Notes: generated by a model not told the origin, from the letters alone. DNA of 64,000 nt from Candidatus Poriferihabitaceae bacterium (GCA_965204925.1 OZ242021.1:2222454-2286453), one strand, 5' to 3'; shown: positions 46,733 through 57,229, counted from the stretch's first letter. Made by a program: numbers and translations.

Positions 46733-49045
46733 TCAATTGCGCAGGGCTTTCCCGAAATCCAGCATATTGTCGATTCTTGCCCGTGTGCCGTCCGTGTTGA
46801 CCAGCGCCAGGAACGAGCGGCGTTCTGCGTCCAGCAAATCCTGCTCCGACCAGATTGTCCCCGCTGCAATTTCCCCGCCGGATACGATGCGAGCAATTTC
46901 CGTGCCGACTGTGACGTCATGCGGCATCAACAGGCCGTCCCGGCGGGATTTGTCCAGCCATCTTGCCATTTCTTCAAAAACAGGTTTGCCGGGCATGCCC
47001 AGGGGCGGACGCTCGAACGATTGTCGGCTGGCATTGTCATCAAGCGCCCGCATTGCGGAGTGGTAGATACGATCGCGGTTCATTTCGTATCGATCATTGT
47101 TCCGGGTCATGCCCAGGGCTGCTGCCTGCGCCGGAGAGGTCGCGGTTTTCCCGAACCCGATATTCATGAACGCCTTCCAGCTTGCCGCCTGTATGTCCTC
47201 TCCGCATTGCAGTTTGTCAATCCAGCGGTATAACATTTCCTTGCATCCTCCGCCGGAAGGAACGACACCGACCCGGGATTCGACCAGTCCCATTACCGAA
47301 TTGGCATGCGCGATGACTTGTTTTGTATGCAGAACGACCTCGAAACCACCACCGAGCGACAGACCCGCCGGCGCCGACACAACCGGGAAATCGCAGCGGC
47401 TCATGGTGACGACAGTTTGCTGAAACTGGTGCAGAAACTCGCCCAGTTCGTCCGCATCATCCCGCTCATAATACTTCCTGACGGCGCCGAGATTGACACC
47501 ACAGGAAAAGTGCTGGGCATCATTATGCACCACCAGCCCCCGCAAACGTCTGCTCGCAACCTGCTCCAGGGCATCTGTCAGGATAGCCATCGAATCGGCA
47601 TCCAGCGCATTCGCCTTGCTGTGGAACTCCACAAGGGCGGCATCACCGGTGATATACCAGCTCGCCATTTCGTTGGAGTTTTGCGCAGACAGTGTTCGCT
47701 TTTTCTCATTGAACCGTACGACTCCCGGTGGCCTCGTGATCGGTTTCCACTGGCCGCTACAGGTTCTCGCGCAAAGTTTCCTGTCTGCCACCCGATAAAA
47801 GCCGGATTCTTTGCCTCGGTAAAGATATGCGGGAATATGGCGCTGTTCCGGGACGAGCCGATCAATCATGTAATCCACGCCAATCCGGTCCATCATTTCG
47901 AATGGTCCCGAGGTCCAGTTGTAGCCCAGCTTCATCGCATCATCAATGCCGACCGGGTTATCGCCCACTTCAGGAATCAGGGAGGCCGCATAACACAGTG
48001 TTTTTGACAATACCCGCCAGGCAAATTCCCCATACACCGAGTTGTCTTCCAGCAAGCGCCGGATACCGTTTCTCTCCGCGTCCGCGATAACCGGTATGTT
48101 CAGTCTTGCAAACTTTTCGTATTCCCCGGTCTTCAGATTGAGCACAAACCGTTCAGTCGAATTTTCTTGCTGCCAATAAAACCCTTTCCCTCGCTTGTTG
48201 CCGGTTTGCCCGTTTTTGATCATGCGGGTTATCAGCGGGCTTTCACGGGATTCAAGATGGAAAACATCGTTCGCCGGCAGGATGTTGACCATACTTTTCA
48301 CGACATCCGCCATCAGATCGATTCCGATCAGATCATACAGTCCGAATACGCCGGTCTTCGGAATACCCAGCGGGCGTCCGAAAACAGCATCGGCCTGTGT
48401 CGGCGCCAATCCGAGCTCGAATGCCGAGTGCAGTGCGCACTGAATTGCATAGACTCCAACCCGGTTTCCCAGAAAACCGGGGGTATCAAGGCATCGAACC
48501 ACGCCCTTGCCCAGTTGCCGTTCGCAAAACCGGTCCAGCCGTTCAACCACTTCAGGCTCGGTCGAGTCGCCGCGGACCAGTTCCAGCAGGCGCATGAATC
48601 GCACCGGATTGAAAAAATGGGTAATGGCGAAGCGCTTGCGGAAGGATTCCGGCATATCCTCAACCAGTAACCGGATCGGTATGGTCGACGTATTGGAAGT
48701 AATGATCGTGTCGCGGCTACGGATTCGATCCAGGCGTTTATACAGATCTTTTTTGACATCCAGGCGCTCAACTACTGCTTCTGCAATCCAGTCGCAACCA
48801 GCCAGCTTGTCAAAATCGTCCCGGGTATTGCCCAGCGTTATCCGTTCTCCCGCCTGTTTGCTCATCAATCCGGGTTGTTCCGGCTCCAGCAGCCGTTGAT
48901 AACCCCGCTCGGCCAATTCGTTGACCCGTGCGCCGTTCGCGGGCAAATCAAGCAGCAACACCTCCACTCCGGCATTGGCTACCTGCCCCGCGATACCCGC
49001 GCCCATCGTACCTGCGCCTATTACTGCCACTTTCCTGAAACTCAT
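46733..49045 (-). CDS. 3-hydroxyacyl-CoA dehydrogenase / enoyl-CoA hydratase bifunctional protein (dehydrogenase domain N-terminal)
   Basis: MSFRKVAVIGAGTMGAGIAGQVANAGVEVLLLD (NAD fold) and a C-terminal crotonase-like region (…VVHNDAQHFSCGVNLG…). The start at 49045 is preceded by aggagc. Confidence 0.85.
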   Translation of the reverse strand: MSFRKVAVIGAGTMGAGIAGQVANAGVEVLLLDLPANGARVNELAERGYQRLLEPEQPGLMSKQAGERITLGNTRDDFDKLAGCDWIAEAVVERLDVKKDLYKRLDRIRSRDTIITSNTSTIPIRLLVEDMPESFRKRFAITHFFNPVRFMRLLELVRGDSTEPEVVERLDRFCERQLGKGVVRCLDTPGFLGNRVGVYAIQCALHSAFELGLAPTQADAVFGRPLGIPKTGVFGLYDLIGIDLMADVVKSMVNILPANDVFHLESRESPLITRMIKNGQTGNKRGKGFYWQQENSTERFVLNLKTGEYEKFARLNIPVIADAERNGIRRLLEDNSVYGEFAWRVLSKTLCYAASLIPEVGDNPVGIDDAMKLGYNWTSGPFEMMDRIGVDYMIDRLVPEQRHIPAYLYRGKESGFYRVADRKLCARTCSGQWKPITRPPGVVRFNEKKRTLSAQNSNEMASWYITGDAALVEFHSKANALDADSMAILTDALEQVASRRLRGLVVHNDAQHFSCGVNLGAVRKYYERDDADELGEFLHQFQQTVVTMSRCDFPVVSAPAGLSLGGGFEVVLHTKQVIAHANSVMGLVESRVGVVPSGGGCKEMLYRWIDKLQCGEDIQAASWKAFMNIGFGKTATSPAQAAALGMTRNNDRYEMNRDRIYHSAMRALDDNASRQSFERPPLGMPGKPVFEEMARWLDKSRRDGLLMPHDVTVGTEIARIVSGGEIAAGTIWSEQDLLDAERRSFLALVNTDGTRARIDNMLDFGKALRN

Positions 49046-49251
49046 AATACCTGCTCCTGTCCTTTCGGTTTTTGCCGATTGTATGGGAAATCGGGAGCGG
49101 TTTGAACCGGAGCGGGGTATCGCGCGGCAATTCCTGTTCGGCAAGAAGGGCGCCAGCCCTGCGGCAAGCCGTCGGCGCCGGAGGAATGGTGAAGTCCCGG
49201 GTATCGGTAACGATGGGGGCAATTTACATGATTTTGTAGTATCGTTCAACT

Positions 49252-50835
49252 GTGATCGAACAGCGTAAAAAAACCGGACCCGGGTACATGCCGCGGTGTG
49301 ACAAGCGGGCGGATATCGTAAGTATCCTGCATCTCTCCAGGCATTTCGGCGGGTTGAAAGTGATTGACGATGTTTCGCTCAGCATCCCCCGGGGTTCCAT
49401 TACCGGGCTGATAGGTCCCAATGGCGCCGGGAAAACCACGTTATTCAATACAATCGCAGGTCTGTATGCGCCCACGTCCGGAACCGTGCTGCTTGATGGT
49501 GAGGATATTACCGGCCTGAAACCCCACCAGCTCTTTGCCAAAGGAGTGCTGCGCACCTTTCAGATTGCGCATGAATATTCCCGAATGTCGGTCATTGAAA
49601 ATCTGATGATGGTTCCTGCGGGGCAATCCGGAGAAGGCCTGCTTCAGGCATGGTTCCGCCGCGACCGGGTCGCACGGGAAGAAAAGGCGATTTACCGCAA
49701 GGCGCGGGAGGTGGTTGATTTCCTCAACCTCGGGGCGGTAGCTGACGAGCTTGCGGGTAATATCTCGGGGGGGCAGAAAAAATTGCTGGAACTGGGGCGT
49801 ACCATGATGGTGGATGCCAGGATCGTATTGCTGGATGAGGTCGGCGCTGGGGTTAACCGCACCCTGCTGCGCGATATTGGCGACGCCCTGATCAAACTCA
49901 ACCGCGAGAAAGGGTATACCTTTTGCATGATTGAGCACGATATGGAATTTATCCGTCGCCTGTGCGACCCGGTTATCTGTATGGCCGAAGGGGCGGTGCT
50001 GGCTGCGGGCAGTGCGCAAGAAGTGCAGAATAACGAAGCAGTCATAGAAGCCTACCTGGGGCGCGGTCTCAAAAGCAAAGCCGTATTCGAATCCCCGCGC
50101 AAGCGCAGTGCGGCAAAACCTGAGCGGGAGAACGGCGCCCTGGCCGGCGAGAAAATGGTTGGCGGTTACGGTGGCAGTGATATTCTCAAGGGCTGTACGG
50201 TGAATGTTGATGAAGGAGAAATTGCGGTCATTGTCGGTCCCAATGGAGCCGGCAAATCAACTGCCATGAAGGCTTTGTTGGGAATGCTGAAATTGAGAGC
50301 CGGCAGTGTCCGCCTGCAGGGGAAGGAGATATCGCATCTGCCGGTTCAGGATAGAATCGCGAGAGGTATTGCCTTCAAGCCGCAGACCGGCAATGTCTTT
50401 CTGTCCATGAGTGTGCGGGAGAATCTTGAGATGGGGGCGTTTTTACGGGAGGATGACCCGGGTGAGACGTTGCAGCAGGTTTATCGGCTGTTTCCGGCTC
50501 TTGCCTCTATTCAGGATCAACTGGTGGGGGAGTTGTCCGGTGGACAGCGCCAGCAGGTCGCGGTTGGACGTTCACTGATGTCGCGTCCTTCGGTATTGCT
50601 GCTTGATGAGCCGACGGCGGGAGTTTCACCGATTGTTATGGATGAACTGTTGGCGCGTATCCTCGAAGTGCGAAAAGCCGGCATCCCGGTCCTTATGGTC
50701 GAACAGAATGCCCGCCAGTCTCTCGCTGTCGCCGATATCGGATTTGTGCTGGTAATGGGTGAAAACCGTCATACCGATACCGGTCAGGCGTTGTTGGCCG
50801 ACCCCGAAGTACGCCGATCATTTCTGGGAGGGTAG
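49252..50835 (+). CDS. Fused branched-chain-amino-acid-type ABC transporter ATPase (LivG-like N-terminal half + LivF-like C-terminal half)
   Basis: Two complete ABC cassettes lie in one ORF (GLIGPNGAGKTTLFN…ISGGQKKLLELGR…; VIVGPNGAGKSTAMK…LSGGQRQQVAVGRSL…), joined by a ~35-aa linker after …EAYLGRG. An ATG at 49288 is an alternative start. Confidence 0.85.
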   Translation: MIEQRKKTGPGYMPRCDKRADIVSILHLSRHFGGLKVIDDVSLSIPRGSITGLIGPNGAGKTTLFNTIAGLYAPTSGTVLLDGEDITGLKPHQLFAKGVLRTFQIAHEYSRMSVIENLMMVPAGQSGEGLLQAWFRRDRVAREEKAIYRKAREVVDFLNLGAVADELAGNISGGQKKLLELGRTMMVDARIVLLDEVGAGVNRTLLRDIGDALIKLNREKGYTFCMIEHDMEFIRRLCDPVICMAEGAVLAAGSAQEVQNNEAVIEAYLGRGLKSKAVFESPRKRSAAKPERENGALAGEKMVGGYGGSDILKGCTVNVDEGEIAVIVGPNGAGKSTAMKALLGMLKLRAGSVRLQGKEISHLPVQDRIARGIAFKPQTGNVFLSMSVRENLEMGAFLREDDPGETLQQVYRLFPALASIQDQLVGELSGGQRQQVAVGRSLMSRPSVLLLDEPTAGVSPIVMDELLARILEVRKAGIPVLMVEQNARQSLAVADIGFVLVMGENRHTDTGQALLADPEVRRSFLGG

Positions 50836-51858
50836 ATGCAGGCGCTTGTCGACGCTCTCAACGCGATCATATTATTGTTGAACTTCGTCATTGTGCCGGG
50901 GCTGGCTTACGGATCACAGCTTGCGCTCGGCGCTCTGGGGATCACGCTGGTGTTCGGTATCCTGCGCTTTGCCAATTTCGCCCACGGCGATACGATGGCC
51001 TTCGGCGCCATGGTAACGATTCTGGCGACGTGGTGGTTGCAGTCGGTCGGGGTCAGTGCGGGGCCGTTGCCGACCGCATTACTCGCGCTGCCGGCCGGCA
51101 TCCTGGCAACGGCCGCCATGGTGATCATTACGGACAAACTGGTCTACCGCTACTACCGCCATCAAAAGGCCGCGCCGGTGACGCTCATGATCGCGTCGGT
51201 TGGCGTGATGTTCATGATGAACGGTATCGTGCGTTTCGTGATCGGCCCGCAGGACCGGAATTTCCTCGACGGACAACGTTTTATTATTCATGCCCGTGAT
51301 TTCAAAGCGTGGAGCGGACTGAATGAGGGATTGAGTGTCAAGGTCTCCCAGGGGCTGACAGTCGCGGTCATGCTGGTTTGTGTCGCCGGACTTTTCTGGA
51401 TCTTGCACAAGACCCGCACCGGCAAGGCCATGCGCGCGTATTCCGACAACGAAGACCTCGCCCTGTTATCCGGCGTCGATCCGGATCGGGTGGTGCGGGT
51501 CACGTGGATACTGGCTGCCATTCTGGCGACTATAGCCGGTACGCTTTACGGCCTTGACAAGAGTTTCAAGCCGTTTACCTACATGCAACTTTTGCTGCCC
51601 ATGTTCGCCGCAGCCATCGTCGGGGGTATCGGCAGTCCGCTCGGCGCCATCGCCGGGGGATTTGTCATTGCGTTTTCTGAAGTGGTCGTCACCTATGCCT
51701 ACAGGAAAGCGCTGATCTACCTGTTGCCGCAAAGCCTTGAGCCGCAGGGGCTGATGCAATTGCTGTCTACCGATTACAAATTTGCGGTATCGTTCGTGAT
51801 CCTGACGCTGGTATTGCTGATCAAGCCGACCGGCATTGTCAAGGGCAAGACACTATGA
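50836..51858 (+). CDS. Branched-chain amino acid-type ABC transporter permease (LivH-like)
   Basis: 340 aa, multi-TM, LivH-like (…GALGITLVFGILRFANFAHGD…). Confidence 0.85.
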   Translation: MQALVDALNAIILLLNFVIVPGLAYGSQLALGALGITLVFGILRFANFAHGDTMAFGAMVTILATWWLQSVGVSAGPLPTALLALPAGILATAAMVIITDKLVYRYYRHQKAAPVTLMIASVGVMFMMNGIVRFVIGPQDRNFLDGQRFIIHARDFKAWSGLNEGLSVKVSQGLTVAVMLVCVAGLFWILHKTRTGKAMRAYSDNEDLALLSGVDPDRVVRVTWILAAILATIAGTLYGLDKSFKPFTYMQLLLPMFAAAIVGGIGSPLGAIAGGFVIAFSEVVVTYAYRKALIYLLPQSLEPQGLMQLLSTDYKFAVSFVILTLVLLIKPTGIVKGKTL

Positions 51859-53246
51859 AAGGTCTGAGCGGTATGGGAAATACACAAAAAGCCTGCTGGT
51901 CATTTGCCTTCATTGGTGTTTTATTCCTGATTATCGGTTTTGTCCAATCCTGGTCGGTAGCGCTCGGTATTTTCAATCTGTGCCTGATTTCCGCAGTGAT
52001 GGCGCTTGGTGTCAATATGCAATGGGGTTACGCGGGGTTGCTGAATATCGGGGTAATGGGCTTTGCCGCGTTGGGAGGATTGAGTGTGGTTCTGGTATCC
52101 CGAGCGCCTGTCCCTGCCGCCTGGCAGGCGGGAGCGGCAGACCTGTTGCTGGCGTTGGTCTGCTTCGTCATTACCGTCCTGTTGGCGTGGTTTCTGTATG
52201 GACGGTTGCCGCGCGGCGCGGCGCGCGCCTGGGCGCTGGCGGCGGTACTCACTGGCGGCCTGTTCACCGTGCGTTATTTTCTGGATCCGGCGGTTCAGTC
52301 GATTGAGGCGGTCGAGCCGGCAAAAACGGGTTTCCTCGGTGGCATGGGGTTGCCGGTTCTGCTTTCCTGGGTTGCCGGCGGATTGCTCGCCGCAGGAGCC
52401 GCCTGGCTGATTGGCAGGGTTGCCCTCGGGCTGCGTGCGGACTATCTGGCCATTGCCACTCTGGGGATTTCGGAAATCGTTGTCGCGATCCTGAAAAACG
52501 AGGACTGGCTGACCCGGGGGGTAAAGAATGTCACCGGTCTGGCGCGACCCGTTCCCTATGAAATCGAGTTGCAGAACAGCGTCCGGTTTACAGATTTGAT
52601 TGCCCGCTGGAACGCCGGTGCATTGTCTTCATTGAATGATGGGGCGGAGCGTGCGGCTGCGTTGAAACAATATGTTATTGATGGTTCCGGTATATTCGTA
52701 AAGCTCTGTTACAGTGGGTTGTTCGCCTCGGTGCTCGTCATTATCTTATGGCTCAGTGTGAGGGCGTTGAATTCGCCCTGGGGACGCATGATGCGCGCTA
52801 TCCGTGATAATGAAGTGGCGGCGGGCGCCATGGGGAAGAATGTGACGCGGCGCCATCTTCAGATATTCGTTATTGGCTCTGCCGTAATCGGTATTGCCGG
52901 CGCCATGCTGACCACCCTCGACGGGCAGTTCACTCCCACTACTTACAATCCCCTGCGCTATACCTTCCTGATCTGGGTCATGGTCATTGTCGGCGGCTCC
53001 GGGAATAACATGGGGGCGGTTCTCGGCGGGTTCCTGATCTGGCTGGTGTGGATAGAGGCGGAACCGGTCGGGGTCTGGTTGATGGAAACGGCGACCGGGT
53101 GGATGGAAGACGACAATCCGGTGCGCGAGCATCTGATCGGAAACGCACAACATATGCGCCTGTTTTTCATGGGATTTGTGTTGTTGCTGGTGTTGCGCTA
53201 CAGCCCCGGGGGGATATTACCGGAACAGACGCCCAAAAAAGCCTGA
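51855..53246 (+). CDS. Branched-chain amino acid-type ABC transporter permease (LivM-like)
   Basis: 463 aa, multi-TM, LivM-like (…NMQWGYAGLLNIGVMGFAALG…). Its start overlaps the upstream stop. Confidence 0.85.
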   Translation: MKGLSGMGNTQKACWSFAFIGVLFLIIGFVQSWSVALGIFNLCLISAVMALGVNMQWGYAGLLNIGVMGFAALGGLSVVLVSRAPVPAAWQAGAADLLLALVCFVITVLLAWFLYGRLPRGAARAWALAAVLTGGLFTVRYFLDPAVQSIEAVEPAKTGFLGGMGLPVLLSWVAGGLLAAGAAWLIGRVALGLRADYLAIATLGISEIVVAILKNEDWLTRGVKNVTGLARPVPYEIELQNSVRFTDLIARWNAGALSSLNDGAERAAALKQYVIDGSGIFVKLCYSGLFASVLVIILWLSVRALNSPWGRMMRAIRDNEVAAGAMGKNVTRRHLQIFVIGSAVIGIAGAMLTTLDGQFTPTTYNPLRYTFLIWVMVIVGGSGNNMGAVLGGFLIWLVWIEAEPVGVWLMETATGWMEDDNPVREHLIGNAQHMRLFFMGFVLLLVLRYSPGGILPEQTPKKA

Positions 53247-53378
53247 TGTTTCTGACAAGCAGGCGCAGGCGGTTGGTTTTTACGGACGAGCCGGTTTATA
53301 CTTGCCGGTAGCGGGCTGTTGCGCCCGTGTGCCGGTATTTTGCAATTATCCATGTCTTCTGCTGGAGTTAAAAACACG

Positions 53379-54572
53379 ATGAAAAAGATGAAAAAGACCC
53401 TGGTTGTATCCGCATTATTGACTGTTTTTTCTGCTCCGGTACTGGCCGAGGAAATCAGGATAGGCGTTATCCTCGGTTATACCGGGCCGATCGAATCGCT
53501 GACCCCGGATATGGCGAGCGCCGCTGATCTCGCCTTTGCCGAAGCCTCGGAGTCGGGGAAACTGCTGGGCGGTAAAACCGTTATCGGTGTACGCGGTGAT
53601 TCCACCTGTATTGATGCCGCGGCCGCTTCTTCGGCTGCCGAACGGCTGATCACCGCTGACGCCGTTGTTGCCATCATGGGAGCTGATTGCTCGGGGGTGA
53701 CGACCGCCATCGCAAACAATGTGGCTATTCCCAATGGCGTGGTCATGATTTCTCCGTCCGCTACGTCACCGGCGCTGTCGACTATAGATGACAATGGCTT
53801 CTTCTTCCGAACGGCGCCGTCGGATGCCCGTCAGGGACAGGTGCTGGCCGATGTACTGATGAAGGAACGGGGTATTGAGGAAGTGGCTATTACCTATACC
53901 AATAACGATTATGGCAAGGGGCTTGCCCAATCATTCGGCAATGCGTTCAGGGCTAATGGCGGCAGGGTCGCGATTTCTGCGGCGCACGAGGACGGCAAGG
54001 CCGATTACTCTGCTGAAGTCGGCGCTCTTTCCGCTTCTGGCGCCGAACATCTGGTTGTATTCGGGTATATTGACCAGGGCGGCAAGGGCATCATTCAGGC
54101 CGCGGTTGATGCTGATGCGTTCAGCAATTTTGTCATGGGCGATGGAATGGTCGGTGAATCGCTGATAGAAGCGATCGGTTCTGCTCTCGACGGTTCGGTC
54201 GCGACCCTGCCCGGCGGCGCCTCCGGGGCGGATGCGTTTGTACAGTACGCCAACTCGAAAGGCGTCAAGGCGGACGGCGCGTTCGTACCCGAGGCGTATG
54301 ATGCGTCCGCTCTCCTTGTTCTCGCCATTCAGGCGGCGGGATCAGCCGACCGCGCCGCCATTCAGGGCAGCGTCATGGCCGTGGCCAATGCTCCGGGTCA
54401 GGAAATCGGTCCCGGCGAACTGGCAAAGGCATTGCAGATTCTGGCTGACGGTGGGGAGATCAACTATCAGGGCGCTACCAATGTCGAGCTCAACGATGCA
54501 GGTGAGGTGTTTGGCACCTATAAAGAGCTTGAGATGAGTAATGGGGAATGGCAGACCGTCCACATACATTGA
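53379..54572 (+). CDS. ABC transporter periplasmic substrate-binding protein (LivK/type I PBP-like)
   Basis: MKKMKKTLVVSALLTVFSAPVLA signal peptide followed by EEIRIGVILGYTGPIESL…, a Leu/Ile/Val-binding-protein-like fold signature. Confidence 0.85.
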   Translation: MKKMKKTLVVSALLTVFSAPVLAEEIRIGVILGYTGPIESLTPDMASAADLAFAEASESGKLLGGKTVIGVRGDSTCIDAAAASSAAERLITADAVVAIMGADCSGVTTAIANNVAIPNGVVMISPSATSPALSTIDDNGFFFRTAPSDARQGQVLADVLMKERGIEEVAITYTNNDYGKGLAQSFGNAFRANGGRVAISAAHEDGKADYSAEVGALSASGAEHLVVFGYIDQGGKGIIQAAVDADAFSNFVMGDGMVGESLIEAIGSALDGSVATLPGGASGADAFVQYANSKGVKADGAFVPEAYDASALLVLAIQAAGSADRAAIQGSVMAVANAPGQEIGPGELAKALQILADGGEINYQGATNVELNDAGEVFGTYKELEMSNGEWQTVHIH

Positions 54573-54739
54573 CCTGTTACGGGCAGGGGGTTTTACAACG
54601 CTCTGCCCGTAGCCGATGGCCGGCGATGTTGCGGCGTCGGGATTAACGGGTGCGCACCGGCAAGAGGCGCGAAGGGGGGCGTCGTGCCCGCAGAACGAAA
54701 AGACAGGCGCAAACCGCATCACGGGCAGTTTGGCCCGGT

Positions 54740-56188
54740 ATGCAGGGAGGCAGCTATAAACCGCTTGGCGAACAGGATATGGAGCGGGTGCATCAGGCGG
54801 CTCTTGAGATTCTGGCAACGATAGGTATCAAGGATGCGACGCGGGACTTGCTGGATGCGGTTTTGCCCGGGGGCGCCCGGCTCAATGAACACAACCGGCT
54901 GTGCTTCCCGAAAGCCCTGATGGAAGACATTATCGCGGGGGCTGCCCGTCACTTCGTAGTGCACGCAAGAGGCTCAAGAAAAGGGGCGGGTGATATTGAA
55001 TGCAGCGGTTCGAAAGTCTATTTCGCGACCTCGGGGTCCGCCGTTACTACATTTGAGGCGGAAACGAGGAGCTACCGCCCGTCGACCCTGCGGGATGTCT
55101 ATGATTTCACGCGGCTGACCGACAGGCTCGACAACATCCACATGGTTGGCGATACTGTCGTTCCGACCGATGTCACGGACGATTTCGAGCATGACATCAA
55201 TATCCCGTATGCGATGATGCTGGCCACCGAGAAGCCTCTCTGCTTTGCTTTTCGCAGTTCCGGCAGCGTTCGCCCGGCGGTTGAAATGTTCGATATGGTT
55301 CTGGGTGGAGAAGGCCGCTTCCGCAAGGAGCCATTTGCCATTTTCGGGGGGTGTCCGATCGTTTCACCGCTCAGGTTCGGAGTGGAAAACCTGCAAGTGA
55401 TGATGGAAGCCAGCCGGCTCGGCCTGACCAGTGACCTTGCGGTAGCGCCCCAGAGCGGGGCCACGGCTCCGGCGCCGCTGGCGGGTATCCTGGCGCAGGT
55501 GATTGCAGAAACGCTGGCTTGTCTTGCCGTCGTCAATCTGATTAACCCCGGTTGTCCGATGGCCTTCGCTGCGTGGCCTTTTATTACCGACTTGCGTACC
55601 GGTTCATTTTCCGGAGGCAGCGCCGAGGAGGCGTTGCTGTCAGCTGCCGCTGTGCAAATGGGGCGTTTTTATGATCTTCCCAATTCTGTCGCAGCCGGTA
55701 TGACGGACTCGAAAATTCCTGACGTGCAGCACGGATTTGAAAAAGGGGTTTCACTGGCGTTGTCTGCCATGGCGGGCGCCAACCGGGTCTGTGAAGCGGC
55801 GGGTATGATGGGCAGCCTGATGGGTTGCAGCTTCGAGTCCCTGGTTATCGATAATGAGATTCTGGGGCTGGTTTTGCGCGCGGCGCGCGGTATTGAAGTT
55901 AACGATGAAACATTGTCGATAGAGGTTATCCGCGAATCGGTTATCCACCCCGGCCATTTCCTGGGGCATAGCCAGACCCTGAGCTATATAGAAACAGAGT
56001 ACCTGTACCCGGAGTTATCGGACCGAACTCCCGCTGATGCCTGGGAGCAGGCGGGTTCCAATGATCTTTATACGCGCAGCCGGCAAGTTGCGCGGGAGAT
56101 TCTTGACTACCATTGGCCCTGTTATATAGACAGCGCTTGCGACCGCCGCATCCGCGATCAATTCCCGATTCTGTTGCAGAAACAATAG
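54740..56188 (+). CDS. Trimethylamine methyltransferase (MttB) superfamily protein, non-pyrrolysine type
   Basis: …MERVHQAALEILATIGIKD…CFPKALMEDIIAGAARHFVVHARG… and MttB-like sequence throughout, with no in-frame TAG. The ATG at 54740 is preferred to the upstream start of the ORF track. Confidence 0.8.
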   Translation: MQGGSYKPLGEQDMERVHQAALEILATIGIKDATRDLLDAVLPGGARLNEHNRLCFPKALMEDIIAGAARHFVVHARGSRKGAGDIECSGSKVYFATSGSAVTTFEAETRSYRPSTLRDVYDFTRLTDRLDNIHMVGDTVVPTDVTDDFEHDINIPYAMMLATEKPLCFAFRSSGSVRPAVEMFDMVLGGEGRFRKEPFAIFGGCPIVSPLRFGVENLQVMMEASRLGLTSDLAVAPQSGATAPAPLAGILAQVIAETLACLAVVNLINPGCPMAFAAWPFITDLRTGSFSGGSAEEALLSAAAVQMGRFYDLPNSVAAGMTDSKIPDVQHGFEKGVSLALSAMAGANRVCEAAGMMGSLMGCSFESLVIDNEILGLVLRAARGIEVNDETLSIEVIRESVIHPGHFLGHSQTLSYIETEYLYPELSDRTPADAWEQAGSNDLYTRSRQVAREILDYHWPCYIDSACDRRIRDQFPILLQKQ

Positions 56189-56239
56189 CCGGGTACTGGC
56201 TGTTATCGCTATCCCGTGCTGTAACAACGGAGTGGCCGT

Positions 56240-57229
56240 TCAGTCACCGGGGATCGCGTAAGGCATCCTCATCTGTTCGAGCGCCCCTCCGGCAGCCGAA
56301 CCAACGGCCAATGCGCCGTGTCCGACAGCGGTTGCGGGCGCCATGGCGGAGACCAGCCAGGTCCGGTTATCAAGCGCAACCGAGTCGACGATCGCTCCGG
56401 CTTTCGAACCGGGTTTGCCACTGGCGTAGATTGCATCGCCCGGGGCAACGGGATCGGAGGAATCGATTCTGGCGACAATCAGTCTTTTTTTTGATTTGCC
56501 AAGATATTTCAGTCTTGCCACAATCTCCTGTCCCGGATAGCAGCCTTTTCTGAAGCTGACCCCGTCCACCAGTTCGAGGTTGATATGCTGCGGGATGAAT
56601 GTCTCGGTTGTGGCCGCGTAGACCTGGGGGATGGCGGCAAGAATGTCGAGCGCCCGCCAGTAATCGCCTGGCAAGAGCGCGGAACCGGCGTTGCCCGCGA
56701 TCTTGCCAATGCGCTCGCGGTTGCCGATCAGGAGGTATCGTGAACGGGTTTCATCGACACAATAGACGCGGCAACCGCATTCGGCGAAACCCTGTATAGC
56801 CGCATTGTCCGCGCCGGCCACTGCCAGACAGCGATATCCGGATTCGGTTTCAATCGTCACTTTGGCGCGCATCACAAATATTTTCAGGCGCTTTGTGATC
56901 GAGGCTTCCAGATCACCGGGGAGCAATGCCCGGAAACCATTTTTGCTGCGCATGACTCTAAGGATGGCGAGCGCCCGCCCCTTGGGGTTGCACCAGGCGT
57001 GCAGCTGGGCCCGCGCCAACCCCAGTTGCGAAATATCGTTGCTCAACTGTCCTTGTAAAAAGGATTCGGCATCCTCCCCCTGTATGTGAAGCAGGGCCAG
57101 CGGTTGCATGTCAATGTACCGCAGGGCAGTGTTGCGGATGTCCTGCAAGGCATCCAGTTGTGCTTTTGCTATCGGGTTCGTTTTCCCGGACAGGGAAGGT
57201 TCGGCGGGCGGGATTTCGGTTGTCATCAA
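56240..57229 (-). CDS. ygfZ: Folate-binding tRNA-modification/Fe-S repair protein YgfZ (GcvT-like)
   Basis: The C-terminal signature …SFRKGCYPGQEIVARLKYLGK… (KGCYxGQE motif). Length is 329 aa. Confidence 0.8.
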   Translation of the reverse strand: MMTTEIPPAEPSLSGKTNPIAKAQLDALQDIRNTALRYIDMQPLALLHIQGEDAESFLQGQLSNDISQLGLARAQLHAWCNPKGRALAILRVMRSKNGFRALLPGDLEASITKRLKIFVMRAKVTIETESGYRCLAVAGADNAAIQGFAECGCRVYCVDETRSRYLLIGNRERIGKIAGNAGSALLPGDYWRALDILAAIPQVYAATTETFIPQHINLELVDGVSFRKGCYPGQEIVARLKYLGKSKKRLIVARIDSSDPVAPGDAIYASGKPGSKAGAIVDSVALDNRTWLVSAMAPATAVGHGALAVGSAAGGALEQMRMPYAIPGD

